Counted from the first letter of the stretch, positions 36,623 to 50,199 are shown. The stretch is 64,000 bases of DNA from Octopus vulgaris (GCA_951406725.2 OX597818.1:135098001-135162000), one strand, 5' to 3'. Notes: generated from the letters alone by a model not told the origin. Made by a program: numbers and translations.

Positions 36623-37553
36623 TTGATGGATATTTATCCTCATCAAAGTTACTAAGTTATTTTATTCTTCGCTATTTTCAAAATTAACTGAAACAAGAGT
36701 AGTGTATTTCAACTGAAATATGGTAATGGAAGACTTAAAGCAAAAGACAGAAATTTAGAGAAAGGAAATATTTCAAACCTCTGACAAAAAAAAAAAAATC
36801 AGCAATTTAAATATAAAAATAGATTTGTTACTTTCTTCTCTCACTATAACTTTGGAGATGGTAAACATGGAAGGGATGTGTTTGCATAGCAGAAAAAAAC
36901 AGCTGGAAAAATAGAAGTTTGGTTTCAATAAGCAACAGACAACTTATGACTAGTATAGAATGTATAGAGAATGGTAGAATAGTAGAAAATTAGTTAAACA
37001 AACTTGGTCATTTGAAACAGGAAAGGGTGTACGTAAACAGTAATGGGAGGTAAACAATATAAACCAAAATACAGAAAGTTTAAAATAAAATAGAACAATA
37101 AACAGCAATTTGCTACTTCAAAGCTTTAAAACAAAGTTAACAAATATTAGAGTATCCTGCAGAGTTTGGTGCAGTGTTTGGTGTTTTAGCTTACAATACA
37201 GTTAGAAAATTAACCAAATTTAAATGTTATGTTCCAAGTAACATCACCACCATCAGCATCATTTCATCATCTTCACTGTTTTCATCATCATCTGTATAAC
37301 AATTTTTTTATCATTGCTTGCATCATCTACATAACCATTTTTAGCATCATTATCATTATTATTCTCATCATTAGCAATGTGTAGGCATGGCTGTGTGGTT
37401 AAGGAGTTTGCTTCCCAAGCATATAGTTTCAGGTTCAGTTCCACTGTGTGACACATTGGGCAAACATCTATTATAGCCCTGGGCTGACCAAAACCTTGAG
37501 TGGAAACTAAAAGAAGCTGACTGTATATAAATGTTATACAAATATATATATGT

Positions 37554-38350
37554 GGCAATCTTGAGCTCCAGCTTAATGTGGAGGTTGTGTTAGAACACAG
37601 AATACTAGGTTGTTTATCTTGAGAGGACCTCATAAGTGCATAAAAGCACTTATGTGGCTGCTGGAGATCTGTCACTAAGGAGCCCATTGCAGGACAAAAT
37701 GATGTGATCTGGCAGTTCCGACAGTCACAGCAGATATAACTACAAGTGCTTTTATGCATCACAAGTCCATATGAGAGGTCCTCTTATAAAGCAGTATTCT
37801 GTGCTCTAACACCACATCCACATTATGTTGGTTTTAATACTGTTTCAGTCGCTATTAATTATTTTTTAATAAGGCCCCTGTCTATTTGCGACACCAATGC
37901 CTGAATAGACACTGATCTTGTACATAAATGGCAATTTCTGTTTGCTGATTTGTCTGTTACTATCTTGCTGCCAACACCAATGAATCAATCTTGACGAAAC
38001 TTTCAGGGAAGGCATGGTCTGACATGGATTAAACAAAAATTTATATAAGATATTCTATTGTAAGAATTGTCCATTAATAACACACTATTCAGCTAGTATT
38101 CTATATATTGTTGATGGGAGATTTGGTTGTCTGTTGCTGCTGAACATCTGTCACTAAAGAGACTATAGCAGGGTGAAATTATGTGATCTGGCAGTTTCAG
38201 TGACCATAGCAGATGGTTCTTTGCTGTCAACAATATAGTTATAAGTGCTTTTATGCACCATGAGACCATGTGAGAGATCCTCTCAAGGTAAATAATGTAG
38301 CATTCTGTAATTCTAACAATGTCCACATTAAGCTAGAGATCAAGATAGCC
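37554..38350. mobile_element. foldback/MITE-like element with long imperfect TIRs
   Basis: GGCAATCTTGAGCTCCAGCTTAATGTGGA... versus ...TCCACATTAAGCTAGAGATCAAGATAGCC; the right arm is also present internally at ~37745-37830. Confidence 0.65.
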
Positions 38351-38409
38351 TTTTGGTATAATATTGCTTCTTTTGGTATTAATACACACACACGTATGTA
38401 TGTACGTAT

Positions 38410-38636
38410 GTTTATTCCTTTATTGCCTACAGGGGGCTAAACCTAGAGGGGACAAACAAGGAAAAAGGGATTAAGTCGATTACATTAACCCCAGTGCATA
38501 ACTGGTACTTATTTAATCGACCCCGAGAGGATGAAAGCCAAAGTTGATCTCAGTGGAATTTGAACTTGGAATATAACAGTAAATGAAATACCGCTAAGCA
38601 TTTCGCCCGGCTTGCAAACGTTTCTGCCAGCTCACT
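38410..38636 (-). mobile_element. SINE family C
   Basis: Reverse complement of family C. Confidence 0.85.
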
Positions 38637-38974
38637 GTATATATATATATATATATATATTGGTAGGAGTATATTTAAGTCTCCTTGTCTTTACATTGTG
38701 TGAATGACAATTGTAAATGAGTGTCACTGTCATATAAGCAACGTCATTCACTTCCAATATTCTGTGAAAACATGTCTGGCCATGGGGAAATATTAGCTTG
38801 CTTGGAAACAGATAAGGTTTGGCAACAAGAAGGGTATTGAATATCCATAAGAAAATCTACCTCAATAAAATTCTGTTCAATCCATGCAAGCATGGAAAAG
38901 TGAACATTGAAATAGTTATCCTTATCACCATCATCTAGATAACAATTTTACCATCATTATTACTATTGTTGACT

Positions 38975-39392
38975 GGCACCCGGCAGATGCCAGGACCCCT
39001 GGACTGGAGATACGTAAAAAGCACTATCTGAATCGTGGCCGATGCCAGTGCCGCCTCGACTGGCTTCCGTGTCGGTGGCACGTAAAAAGCACCATCCGAA
39101 TCGTGGCCGAAGCCAGTGCCGCCACAACTGGCTTCCGTGTCGGTGGCACGTAAAATGCACCAATCTGACCATGGCCGATGCCAGCCTCGCCTGGCACCAG
39201 TGCAGGTGGCACGTAAAAAGCACCCACTACACTCACGGAGTGGTTGGCATTAGGAAGGGCATCCAGCTGTAGAAACATTGCCAGATAAGACCGGAGCCTG
39301 GTGCAGCCTTCTGGCTTCCCAGATCCCCGGTCGAACCGTCCAACCCATGCTAGCATGGAGAACGGACGTTAAACGATGATGATGATGATGGT
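38975..39392 (+). mobile_element. RTE LINE 3' UTR fragment with 4 modules
   Basis: Module array, RTE 3' end and (GAT)n tail. Confidence 0.88.
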
Positions 39393-39929
39393 GACAGCAT
39401 ACTGTTACTTTATAATTGCATCAATTTAAACTTATTTACACAGAGTTTTATATGGTGCTGGTATTTTAATAGAAATCATTTGACAAACATATATTTTTTT
39501 CTTTCCCTGCAGCTATTTATTAAATTTAGATACAAATTTAAACAAAGACGCAATAAAATTACATAAACATAACTGTTGGATGTAATTTATGTATAGTCAT
39601 TCTTTCAGCTGTTGTTGACATTTCTGAGGAAGAATAAATATACTTTTAGCCACTCACAGAAAGCCACACTATTTATCAGCTAATAACACAAACCATTACT
39701 ATTGAAATGGCAGATTTGTTGGGGAATAAGGATAGAATGCCTTACAGTATTTGGTTCTCCTGCACTCTCACTTCAAATCCTACAAAGTCAGCCATTGCCT
39801 CTCATCCTACTGAGGATCAATAAATTAAAGGACCAGTCAAGTGCCCGGGCCAATTCCCCTATCTATCTATCTATCTATCTATCTCGTTCACTGTATTATT
39901 CACAGAATGGAACCTGCTACGTTAGGAGG

Positions 39930-40215
39930 AGGGGGAGGAGGAGGAGACAGAGGGAAAGGAGATGAGACAGAGGGTGAGGAGATGAGACAGAGGAGGAGGA
40001 GATGAGACAGAGGGGGAGGAGATGAGACAGAGGGGGAGGAGATGAGACAGAGAGGGAGGAGATGAGACAGAGGGGGAGGAGATGAGACAGAGGGGGAGGA
40101 GATGAGACAGAGGGGGAGATGAGACAGAGCAGGAGGAGATGAGATAGAGGGGATGAGACAGAAGGGGGGGTGACAGAGGGGGGATGTGTCAGAGGGGAGG
40201 AGATGAGACAGAAGG
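39930..40215. repeat. 20-bp minisatellite GAGGAGATGAGACAGAGGGG
   Basis: About 12-14 units, degenerating at both ends. Confidence 0.92.
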
Positions 40216-40337
40216 GAGTAGATTGTGTAGATTGGGTTAGTTGTTATACTTGGCTATGAGTGTGATGTTGTCAATATACAAAACTTGGTGTGGATGAGGT
40301 ATAAATTGAAAACTGTGAGAAGATACATCCCTATGAT

Positions 40338-40475
40338 CAGAGCCATCTTAGCAGAATTATAAGGCCCCCTGAGCAAATCAATGCCCTGAGACCTATAGAG
40401 CATAATTGGCCCTCTAGATCCCTGAGGCCCTCCAGGTAACTGCCTTGTGTGCCCACACTTTTTAAGATGGCATTG
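40338..40475. mobile_element. small hAT-like MITE
   Basis: TIR CAGAGCCATCTTA / TAAGATGGCATTG; 8-bp flanks CCTATGAT / ACTGTGAT (6/8 match). Confidence 0.55.
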
Positions 40476-41091
40476 ACTGTGATATTTCGTTCTTTAAATT
40501 CCAAGTTCTGGAAAAGCTGCTCTTGTATATAAGTTTGGCAGCGTGACAGTTTGCTAGATGTTGTTGTTGTTGGTGTTTTATTGAAGTCCCATGTGGAATT
40601 TGACAAAATTTCAAACATAACAGACAATTAAAACAGAAATATATGATGGAAGGCACAGAGAGAGGAAGAAATGAGAAGAAGTAATTATCGGGGAAAGAGA
40701 AAGATTGTTTGAGAGTGTAAAAGAAATTAAAAGAAAAAGTTGAGAGACAGAGGAGGAAATAATGGAAAATACATTGTTTTATAATTGTAGTGATATCTTG
40801 GTGTTTATTGTAGCGTTAATGGCTAATGTTTATTATTTGTGATAACTGGTGATGGTGGTAATAGTGGTGGTTGTTGTAGTGTTACACACACACACACATA
40901 TATATATATATTCATAAATATTAGAGAGTGACCACTATGTGGTTCACTCTAGTGCTAAAAATAGCTCCGCTAATGGTATAGCCACTAAAACATTTTCACC
41001 CTCATTTATAAATATATATATTCATTATCGCTATGGGCTCCGTGTGAGCAGTCATCTAAAAGTTTTTTGTGCATCTTGATGTTGACATAAG

Positions 41092-41190
41092 TTCCTTGCT
41101 TTTCCTGATGAGAAAGCGGCATAATATACTCCTTATTCCTTCACAATTAGGAATATGCAGCCTTCGAAACCTATGTCGAAAATAAAGGAA
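41092..41190 (+). ncRNA. type-I hammerhead ribozyme motif, intact core, extended stem II
   Basis: TTCCTTGCTTTTC-CTGATGA-GAAAGCGGCATA...TATGCAGCCTTC-GAAA-C ctat G-TC-GAAAATAAAGGAA; GUC triplet at 41175-41177. Confidence 0.75.
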
Positions 41191-41519
41191 TTTTGTTAAT
41201 TCGTCGTTCAACTCCATTCTTTCATATATTTATATTTTTTTAAAAAAACATACAAATTTACACACGAAAGCACGTAACTTCAACCGTGTCTTCTCTGATG
41301 TGAATTTGCTACCCAGGTATCGGTTAACCGAATTATCCATAACAAGATAATTCATTCAACTACTCAAATATATATATATATATATATTTTCTTTAGTTTC
41401 AGTCCAAAGACTATGGCCATGCTGAGGCACCACCATCATATACGATTGTTGTTGATATCAGCCTCGTATCAGCTCTGATGGAACAGATCTAGGGTCAAAG
41501 GTATTCCAGCCATGGCCAT

Positions 41520-43320
41520 CCAGTCTGTGCCAGGGAAAAGCACCACTGATGCTATATTTCTGGTAAGACAGCTGCAGGAGAAATACCAAGCCAAAAATAA
41601 ACCTCTGTACATAGCTTTCGTTGACATGGAGAAAGCCTTTGACAGGGTCCCCCAATCCCTTATCTGGTGGTCAATGAGGAAACTAGAGGTTGATGAATGG
41701 TTAGTGAGAGCTGTACAAGGATGCTGTCAGTAAGGTGAAAGTTGGCAACGAGTATAGTGAAGAATTCCGGGTAGGAGTAGAGTCTACCAAGGATCAGTCC
41801 TCAGCCCCCTCCTTTTCATCATTGTCCTCCAGGCAATAACAGAGGAATTCAAGACAGGATGCCCCTGGGAGCTCCTCTATGCTGATGACCTTGCTCTAAT
41901 AGCTGTGTCACGATCAGAACTAGAGGAGAAGTTTCAGGTGTGGAAGCAAGGTCTAGAATCGAAGGGCCTTAGAGTCAATCTAGCAAAAACCAAAATCTTA
42001 ATAAGTAGGAAGCAGACAAATCCTAAATCCCTTCAGGTAGATGCCCCTGCTTAATCTGTAGAAAAGGTGCAGGTAGAAACTCCATAATATGTACCTAGTA
42101 TATGCTTGGACACATAAGAAATGCAGCAATATCAAAAGAAGGCTAACTGGGAAGATAGTTTTTGTGTGAGGCAAATGTACAGGGGCAATAAACACTGAAA
42201 ATGTGCAGAAAACAACTTATGTCACACACCAAGTGAAAAAAACTAAAAGTAGTTGATAGCTTCCGTTAACTAGATGACCAAGTCAGTATCAGGATTGGAT
42301 GCTCTGAGAGTGTAGCTGCTAGAATAAGAATAGCCTGGTCAAAATTCAGAGAGTTCCTACCTCTGCTGGTGACAAAGGGCCTCTCACTCAGAGTAAAAGA
42401 TAGCCTGTATGATGCATATGTGTGAACAGCCATGCTAAATGGCAGTAAAACACGGGCTGTGACTGCTGAGGACATGTGTAAGCTTGCAAGGAATGAAGTT
42501 AATATGTTCTGCTGGATGTGTAATGTCAGTGTGCATACACAACAGGGAGTATGCACCTCAAGAGAAAAGTTGGACATACGACGCATCAGATGTGGTGTGC
42601 AAGAGAGACGACTGTGCTGGTATGGTCATGTGTTGCATATGGATGAGGACAGCTGTGAGAAAAAGTGTCACACTCTAGCAGTAGAGGGAACCTGTGGAAG
42701 AGGTAGACCCAGGAATATCTGGAATGTGGTGGTGAAGCATGACCTTTGAATGTTGGTCACTTGTCATCACCTCATGGAGGCAATGACAAGTGATCAAGTC
42801 CTTTGGAGATATGCTGTGGTTGAGAAGACCCAGCAAACCAAGTGAAATCGTAACCATGGCCTATGCCAGTGCAGCATAACCAGCCTATTTAAGAGTACCC
42901 GTCAATCATTGGGCAAGAAACTGCACTTGTGAAGCCCTGTTGAGTCAAGTGAAGCCATTGTCGTGGCCGATGACAGTACCACCTGATTGACACCCATGTC
43001 AGTGGCACATAAAAAGCACCATTCGAGTGTGGTCAATGCCAGTGCCGCCTGACTGGTCCCATGCAGGTGGCATGTCAAAAACACCATTCAAGCGTGGTCA
43101 TTGCCAGTACTGCCTGACTGACTCCCATGCTGGTGACATGTAAAAAGCACCCACTATACTCTAGGAGTGGTCAGCATTAGGAAGGGCATCGAGCTGTAGA
43201 AACTTTGCTAGTTCAGATTGGACTCTGGTGCAGCCTTTTGGCTTGCCAGTCCTCAGTCAAACCGTCCAACCCATGCCAGCATGGAAAGTGGATGTTAAAC
43301 AATGACAATGTTGATGATGA
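41520..43320 (+). mobile_element. 5'-truncated RTE-clade LINE (most of RT + 3' UTR)
   Basis: STTDAIFLVRQLQEKY, FVDMEKAFDRVP, QGSVLSPLLF, LLYADDL, WYGHV and GRGRPR; frameshifts; module array and tail. Confidence 0.93.
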
Positions 43321-44404
43321 TACTAAAACAAACCAAAAATCAACACATAGGAACAGCACGTGGAATAAACTGTGAAATGAATTAAATAAACCAGGTGTTA
43401 ACTACTAAATATTTTAAAATCTGGCAATGATAATTTTCTCAGTTATAACAGTATTCCTATGATCCTTTGCAGTATTACTGCAAACTGCACCAGCAACACG
43501 GGACTATTATTTCATTCCCATGATGGTGCCAAGAAGTTCTTGAAACTTTAATAAATTTAGAAACAAGACTGCTCCAAAGTAAACATAAACAGCAAATGAG
43601 GAAATATGAAAAAAATTTTATAAAACAGACAAAATAATTGTTTCTGTAATGTGTGTGTGTGAGAGAGAGAGAGAGTACTTAAAGCAACCCCTAGTTGATA
43701 TCCATTTTAAAGTATCACTGATAAGAAAATGTCAAAAGCAAAAATGACTCAATATGTTGGAAGTGAAGAATACAAAAAAGTGATAGAAACTCTCCCACTT
43801 CACAGATAGCATATTAAGCTGATATGAAAGAAGAATTCAGGGATGCACATTATATATATATATATATACACATATATAAAGATAGGAATTATAGGTGAAC
43901 ACTGAATTGCTGTAGACAACACTGTAAAGTATCGTTCAGATCTAATTTAAGAATTAAAGGCCAAATATTCAATCCAAGAAATATATTTTACTTTCAGTCA
44001 TATACAATCACTATTTGTGCAGAAACCATTTCCTCAAAACATTCAAACCACAATAAACAATTCACAGTAAGATATTTATTCCAGTTCAGCTGGATTTCCT
44101 ACAAAAATAGAAATATTTATATTTACAGAGCAAAGACTCTACAGTGGATGTTACAGCATCATGTTAAACACTGTCATCCTATATCAGTTGAAGTGTGTGC
44201 ACATTTGTTGCCAGAGTGAATCAGTTGGTTCAAACAAAATTCATCTTCTCCACAGCTCCATGCAAATATAATTACTATCTCACATTTATTTTAATTTTGC
44301 ATTTTATCACAAACTAGATAGTTAATGGTGGATCCATTTTCATAATAAAAGAACTCTTTAGTTGAACTTCTGGTACATTGATGTGGTATGTTATACAACT
44401 GTTA

Positions 44405-44785
44405 GGAGGCGCAATGGCCCAGTGGTTAGGGCAGCGGACTCGCGGTCGTAGGATCGTGGTTTCGATTCCCAGACCGGGCGTTGTGAGTGTTTATTGAGCG
44501 AAAACACCTAAAGCTCCACGAGGTTCCGGCAGGGATGGTGGTGATCCCTGCTGTACTCTTTCACCACAACTTTCTCTCACTCTTACTTCCTGTTTCTGTT
44601 GTACCTGTATTTCAAGGGGCCGGTCTTGTCACTCTCTGTGTCACGCTGAATATCCCTGAGAACTACGTTAAGGGTACACGTGTCTGTGGAGTGCTCAGCC
44701 ACTTACATGTTAATTTCACGAGCAGGCTGTTCCGTTGATCGAATCAACCGGAACCCTCGTCGTCGTAACCGACGGAGTGCTTCCA
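44405..44785 (+). mobile_element. SINE family B, full length
   Basis: TSD TATACAACTGT. Confidence 0.92.
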
Positions 44786-45341
44786 TATACAACTGTCTTG
44801 ATCATTCACTTAACATGTATTTTCATGCTAGCATGAGTTTGGACCGAGATTTATTTCAGGCAGGATTTTATGGCTTGAAGCTCTTCTTGTTGCCAACTCT
44901 TGCCAGTTTTTTTTTGTTTTTTTTCAATTTAAGAGGTATCTTTATTTCACATGTTCTTAAAATGCAGAGTGACCAGTCATAGCATCAAGAAAGAATGTCG
45001 ATATCACTACCAACACATATTCAGATGCACACATATGCACATATGTATGATGGACTTCTTCTGATTTCTTCCTACCAAATTCTCTGACATGGCAGGGTTT
45101 GACACTTGCCCAATATGCTGTGAAGCAGGACTGAACCACAAATCATATGGATGTAATATGAACTTCTTAATCACACACAGCCATACCTACACCTATGCTT
45201 TCCAATATAATTCCATTCATATCTAAGGTGCATTACAACAACATAACTCAGCCCCAATATTTTATTGATATATTGTCATGGCCTGTTACTGGAACTTACC
45301 AGTGATGCCACATATTTCTGGTCACACTGCATACTCTTTAA

Positions 45342-45562
45342 CCCTTTAGTGTTCAGATTATTCTGACAAATATGATGTTTGTTTATTTAAAATGGTTTGA
45401 ATTAATCATGCATTATCTTGTAGTTTAGAGATTTCAGTGATGTGATTTTTTTAGTTTTAGAATGACATGGTAGGGCTGAGGTAAGAGGCGAGAACTGGTC
45501 AGTTTCAATATAAAACAGGTTAAATATTTTGACCAGATATGGCCGGTTTGAATGCTAAAGGG
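45342..45562. mobile_element. piggyBac-like MITE, family E
   Basis: TTAA|CCCTTTAG ... CTAAAGGG|TTAA. Confidence 0.85.
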
Positions 45563-45872
45563 TTAAATACACGAAAATATAATTTTTTTGCATGCTTACA
45601 ATATTTTATAATTAAGCTTTAATATCCTTGAAACCATAAGAAATATACAGAATAAAATATTTACTCAAATTATGAAAATGTACCACCAGTGGTGCATATG
45701 GCAGCAGCTGTGTGAAGTTTGCAATGAACCACCAGTGGTAGACATGGCAGTTAATGTGTTAACCTCTGAAGGACAAAACGCAAAGTTGATCTCAGAAGGA
45801 TTTTCACTTAGAACATACATGGTTACAACTAAATACCATGTTTTTCAACTCACAAATAATTCCATCAATCCT

Positions 45873-46256
45873 GGAAGCACTCCGTCGGTCACGCCGACGA
45901 GGGTTCCGGTTGATCCGAATCAACGGAACAGCCTGCTCATGAAATTAACGTGTAAGTGGCTGAGCACTCCACAGACACGTGTACCCTTAACGTAGTTCTC
46001 GGGGATATTCAGCGTGACACAGAGAGTGACAAGGCCGGCCCTTTGAAATACAGGTACAACAGAAACAGGAAGTAAGAGTGAGAGAAAGTTGTGGTGAAAG
46101 AGTACAGCAGGGATCACCACCATCCCCTGCCGGAGCCTCGTGGAGCTTTTAGGTGTTTTCGCTCAATAAACACTCACAACGCCCGGTCTGGGAATCGAAA
46201 CCGTGATCCTATGACCGTGAGTCCACTGCCCTAACCACTGGGCCATTGCGCCTCCA
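45873..46256 (-). mobile_element. SINE family B, full length
   Basis: TSD TCCATCAATCC. Confidence 0.92.
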
Positions 46257-46419
46257 TCAATCCACTAGCAATTAATAAAAAAAATACACTGATTAATTGC
46301 TATTTCTGAATTATCAAAACATTAAATAAACATTTAGAGACAAATCTGTAAATTTATAAACATCCAATCACATAGCTTTTAAAACTATTAGTTCTTCTAC
46401 ACTTACATCCTTCATGTGT

Positions 46420-47430
46420 TCTCTATCTAGCTATCTATCATGTGTAGTCCATCTTTTAGTTTTTCTTTTTCACTTGCTATGGATGGAAGAAGGGGTAGCA
46501 CCTAAGGTTATTCTCTTGATGCAGTCTAGAATGTATCTGTGCACAGCAGCAGTACTGTTCCAAGTATGGAAGAAATGCTTCCATTGTCGACCTTATGTGA
46601 GCCATGTAAAGCATCAGCCATTGCTGGGAGCTGAAATTTTTTTCTAATCCTGAAAAGAAGGCCAGTCTTTGTGAATGTGGGCCTAGCTATGTAAAGAATG
46701 TCCTTTAGCCAGGGGAGATTCTCAGTGATAGTGAAACTGAGGGTTCTAACCGAATGCCACTCATAATGTAGGGAGTAGGGTACATTGGTCTTTTCTTAAT
46801 ATAAATAATGCTCAAGTTTTCTTGCTGTTAAAAGAGACAGCAGGATATGGCCTTGCCAGAGTGCAGATCTGGCATGTGGTGTCTAGGATGTGTGGAAGCT
46901 GAATGGTTCAGGAAGATTAGGGGAGACATGCAGGTCAACATTATCAACATAAAAGTAGACATGATTGGTTGTAGTGGAAAGTATGTCATTGATGTACAAA
47001 AAGGATAATTGAAGGCAAAACTGAACTCTAATTCACACCAGATTTGTATGAGAGATGGACAGCAAGAGCTCTGTCGACATATGCTGTGGTGATGTAATCT
47101 GATGAGAAGTTACTAATCCAAGAAACAAGAGGTGTGGAACTAGTAGACAGGAGGTTTTGATAGGAGATTAATATGCCATTTCTTTATTACCCACAAGGGG
47201 ACAAACAAGGACAGACATAGGTATTAAGTCGATTACATCGACCCCAGTGCGTAACTGGTACTTAATTTATCGACCCCGAAAGGATGAAAGGCAAAGTTGA
47301 CCTCGGCGGAATTTGAACTCAGATGCCACATATCTAGAGTAACAACATTGCTTTCACTGAACTTTTCGAAAGAGCTCACAGGTGAGTGACATAAGTGATC
47401 AGCCTCTAGTAGATCTCTGGTTCAGTAGAT
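46420..47430 (-). pseudogene. decayed CR1/Jockey-group LINE RT region, interrupted by SINE C (47178-47323, minus strand)
   Basis: Minus-strand fragments WHINLLSK, LVSWISNF, LYINDILSTTTNHVYFYVDN and IRSTME..HTWNSTAAVHRYILD. Confidence 0.65.
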
Positions 47431-48814
47431 GTTCTAGAGGACATTAAGGAGAGAGAGAGGGATAGAGATTGGGAGAGAGGGGGAGAGAGTGGGACAGAGA
47501 GAGGGAGAGAGAGTCTGTCATGGTGTTGAAGATTATCATTTTTTAATGGCTGTCTTCCCTACCTCACAGATGTATCCTCCACTACCTCCCCACTCTCTGC
47601 CCCACCTCCCACTCTCTTTCTCTCCCCCATGTATCCTTCCTTCCACAACTTCTCTCTCTTTATCTTCATCTATTACATTTTATCACCCCGAGAGAGTCTA
47701 ATTCTATACAAATTATATAGTAATATATTACACACAGGTCACCAACTAAAAGACAAATGGGTGATGACTGGAGTTATAATTTATTCAGAATCTTGAGGAA
47801 ACTAGTTGTAGTGTACATCACTAATAAAAGTCAGTCTCTCCCCACTCCATACAAATTTATTCAAATGTACAGTAAATTATAATTTATCCAGACAATGTGT
47901 GTTAAACACTCTAAGTTCCACTTCCACTGAATACAAGTTTATTTCATAAATCTCACTCTTGTTTGAAATGATTAAGCTACAGTGACATCAATGAGGTAAA
48001 TGTGTAACACATTTGTTAATGAAAGCAACATAATGGTAACAGTTATTGCCAATTTTGTCTACCATAGTTTTCTCGACAGATTAAATATCTTGATTCGCAG
48101 ATAAACTTCTCATTCTTAATTACCCAACATTCATTTTAAAACTTATTTTTTAAAAGATACTTGCCTTTTTGTTTGCCATACTTTATATCAATGTAGCTGA
48201 AAGAGTTGACATCTCTTGCTCACAATGTTTCCTTAGACAAAAAATATTTCTGTTTTTATCTGATGCAGCCAAGTTGCAATTAAAAGATTGAGCAAGAATC
48301 ATGAAAGATTATTGCTAGGAATCCAGGAATGTGCCATAAGTGGATCTTGAGACCTACTCAGATACTGTTAATAAAAACAACAAATAATTGTCTTCATGCT
48401 TCCATTTTCCCAACCTACCTCAATGAAAATTTAAATATATCCTTTTGTTTGGCAACTGTTATTTTGTGGAAAATAAATGAGTCCATTGAAGCTAAGATGA
48501 CTGAATCAATTGTATTCTATAAAATTGCACAATACAATGACTATACCAGAACTGAAATTCACAATCTAGTTGAAATATACTCAGTAACATAGTCTCAATA
48601 CAAATCATTTAGTGCTAATTATCATACAAAATAGTAAATCTCTTAAGGTAGAAACCAATCTCAAAAAATTAAGCCTTGTTTTATCATACTATCTGCTATA
48701 TTGAATTTCTTCAAATGAAATCAATAACTTCCCTAGCGAAAACAAAAATGTGTATATATTGTAAAAATAAAGAATCTATATATGTAATAGAACCTATATC
48801 ATCATCATCATCAT

Positions 48815-48868
<54 letters not shown>

Positions 48869-49386
48869 TGTAATATAATGGAAATATAGACTTGGGTGCA
48901 TATACAGTTTCTTTGTCAGAGTAGCAGAAACTGTGTTTTGTGAAGGTGCTTGGCCTAATGGTTAGAATGTCCGGCTTATGATCTTTGGGCTGTGGGTTTA
49001 ATTCTTGAACCAGGTGGGACACTGTGTCCTTGAGCAAGGTGCTTATTGCTTTCAGATTGCCTCATTCTACTCAGCTGCAATCAGTACTGACCTAGTAATG
49101 ATGGAGTAGCCCTCTCTTCTTCCAGCTGTCACATCCTAGATGTCTACTGAATTATATTGGATAGGACAATACTTGATGTTTATAACTCTGATGCTTTGCA
49201 ACTTGACATCTATCACAGCATATGTTTCTTGGAAATTCTCACAATTTACTCATAATTACTTAGGATCTGATGAGAATGACAGAAGGCAAACTATTTCATT
49301 AATTGAGTGATTAATTTATACATAAATCTTATATGTCAAAAACCAATGTGTATAGTGATGAAAATAGAGAAATAGTTCCTCTAGCC

Positions 49387-50091
49387 CAATGATTCCCAAA
49401 CAGGGTGGTGTGCCTCATAGGTGTAGCAGAATAGGATAGCAGGTGAGGTGTAGTGATTGAAAGACAATCAAACATTTAGAAACATCATCATCATCATCGT
49501 TTAACGTCTGTTTTCCGCGCTAGCATGGGTTGGACGGTTCGACCGGGGATCTGGGAAGCCAGGGGCTGCACAGGCTCCGGTCTTATCTGGCAACGTTTCT
49601 ACAGCTGGATGCCCTTCCTAACGCCAACCACTCCGTGAGTGTAGTGGATGCTTTTTACGTGCCACCTGCACTGGTGCCAGGCGAGGTTGGCATCGGCCAC
49701 GGTCGGATTGGTGCATTTTATGGAAGCCAGTCGAGGCGGCACTGGCTTCGGCTATGATTCGGATGGTGCTTTTTACGTGCCACCGACACGGAAGCCAGTC
49801 GAAGCGGCGCTGGCATCGGCCACAATTCGGATAGTGCTTTTTAGTTTCAAAAAATTCCTATGCCAAAGATAAATATGATTCCAAAATTAAAAATACTATT
49901 ATGAATTACTTATAATTGCATGCATGAATCCCAGTAAAAACAGTTATAAATAATTATTAACCAATTCTACTATTGTGATATTTTTGCATTATATCAAGTA
50001 TTAAGAATGTAGTAATTAGGATCTGCAAATTGGAAGAGGGAGTTACCAATAATAATGTTCTGACACTAAATCCATGGTTATTTCTCTTTAA

Positions 50092-50125
<34 letters not shown>

Positions 50126-50199
50126 CTACCTATGGCAAGATGCGAGCAATTTTTCATTCCAAAAATGCGGCCCAAAGAAAAAGAGCTTCGGAACCACTG
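49387..50199. mobile_element. hAT Charlie-like non-autonomous element containing an RTE insertion
   Basis: Termini CAATGATTCCCAAAC / CTTCGGAACCACTG; 8-bp TSD CTCTAGCC / CTCTAGCT resembles the Charlie NTCTAGAN target. Confidence 0.7.
49483..49842 (-). mobile_element. RTE LINE 3' UTR fragment
   Basis: Close relative of the 38975-39392 copy, reverse orientation. Confidence 0.88.
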
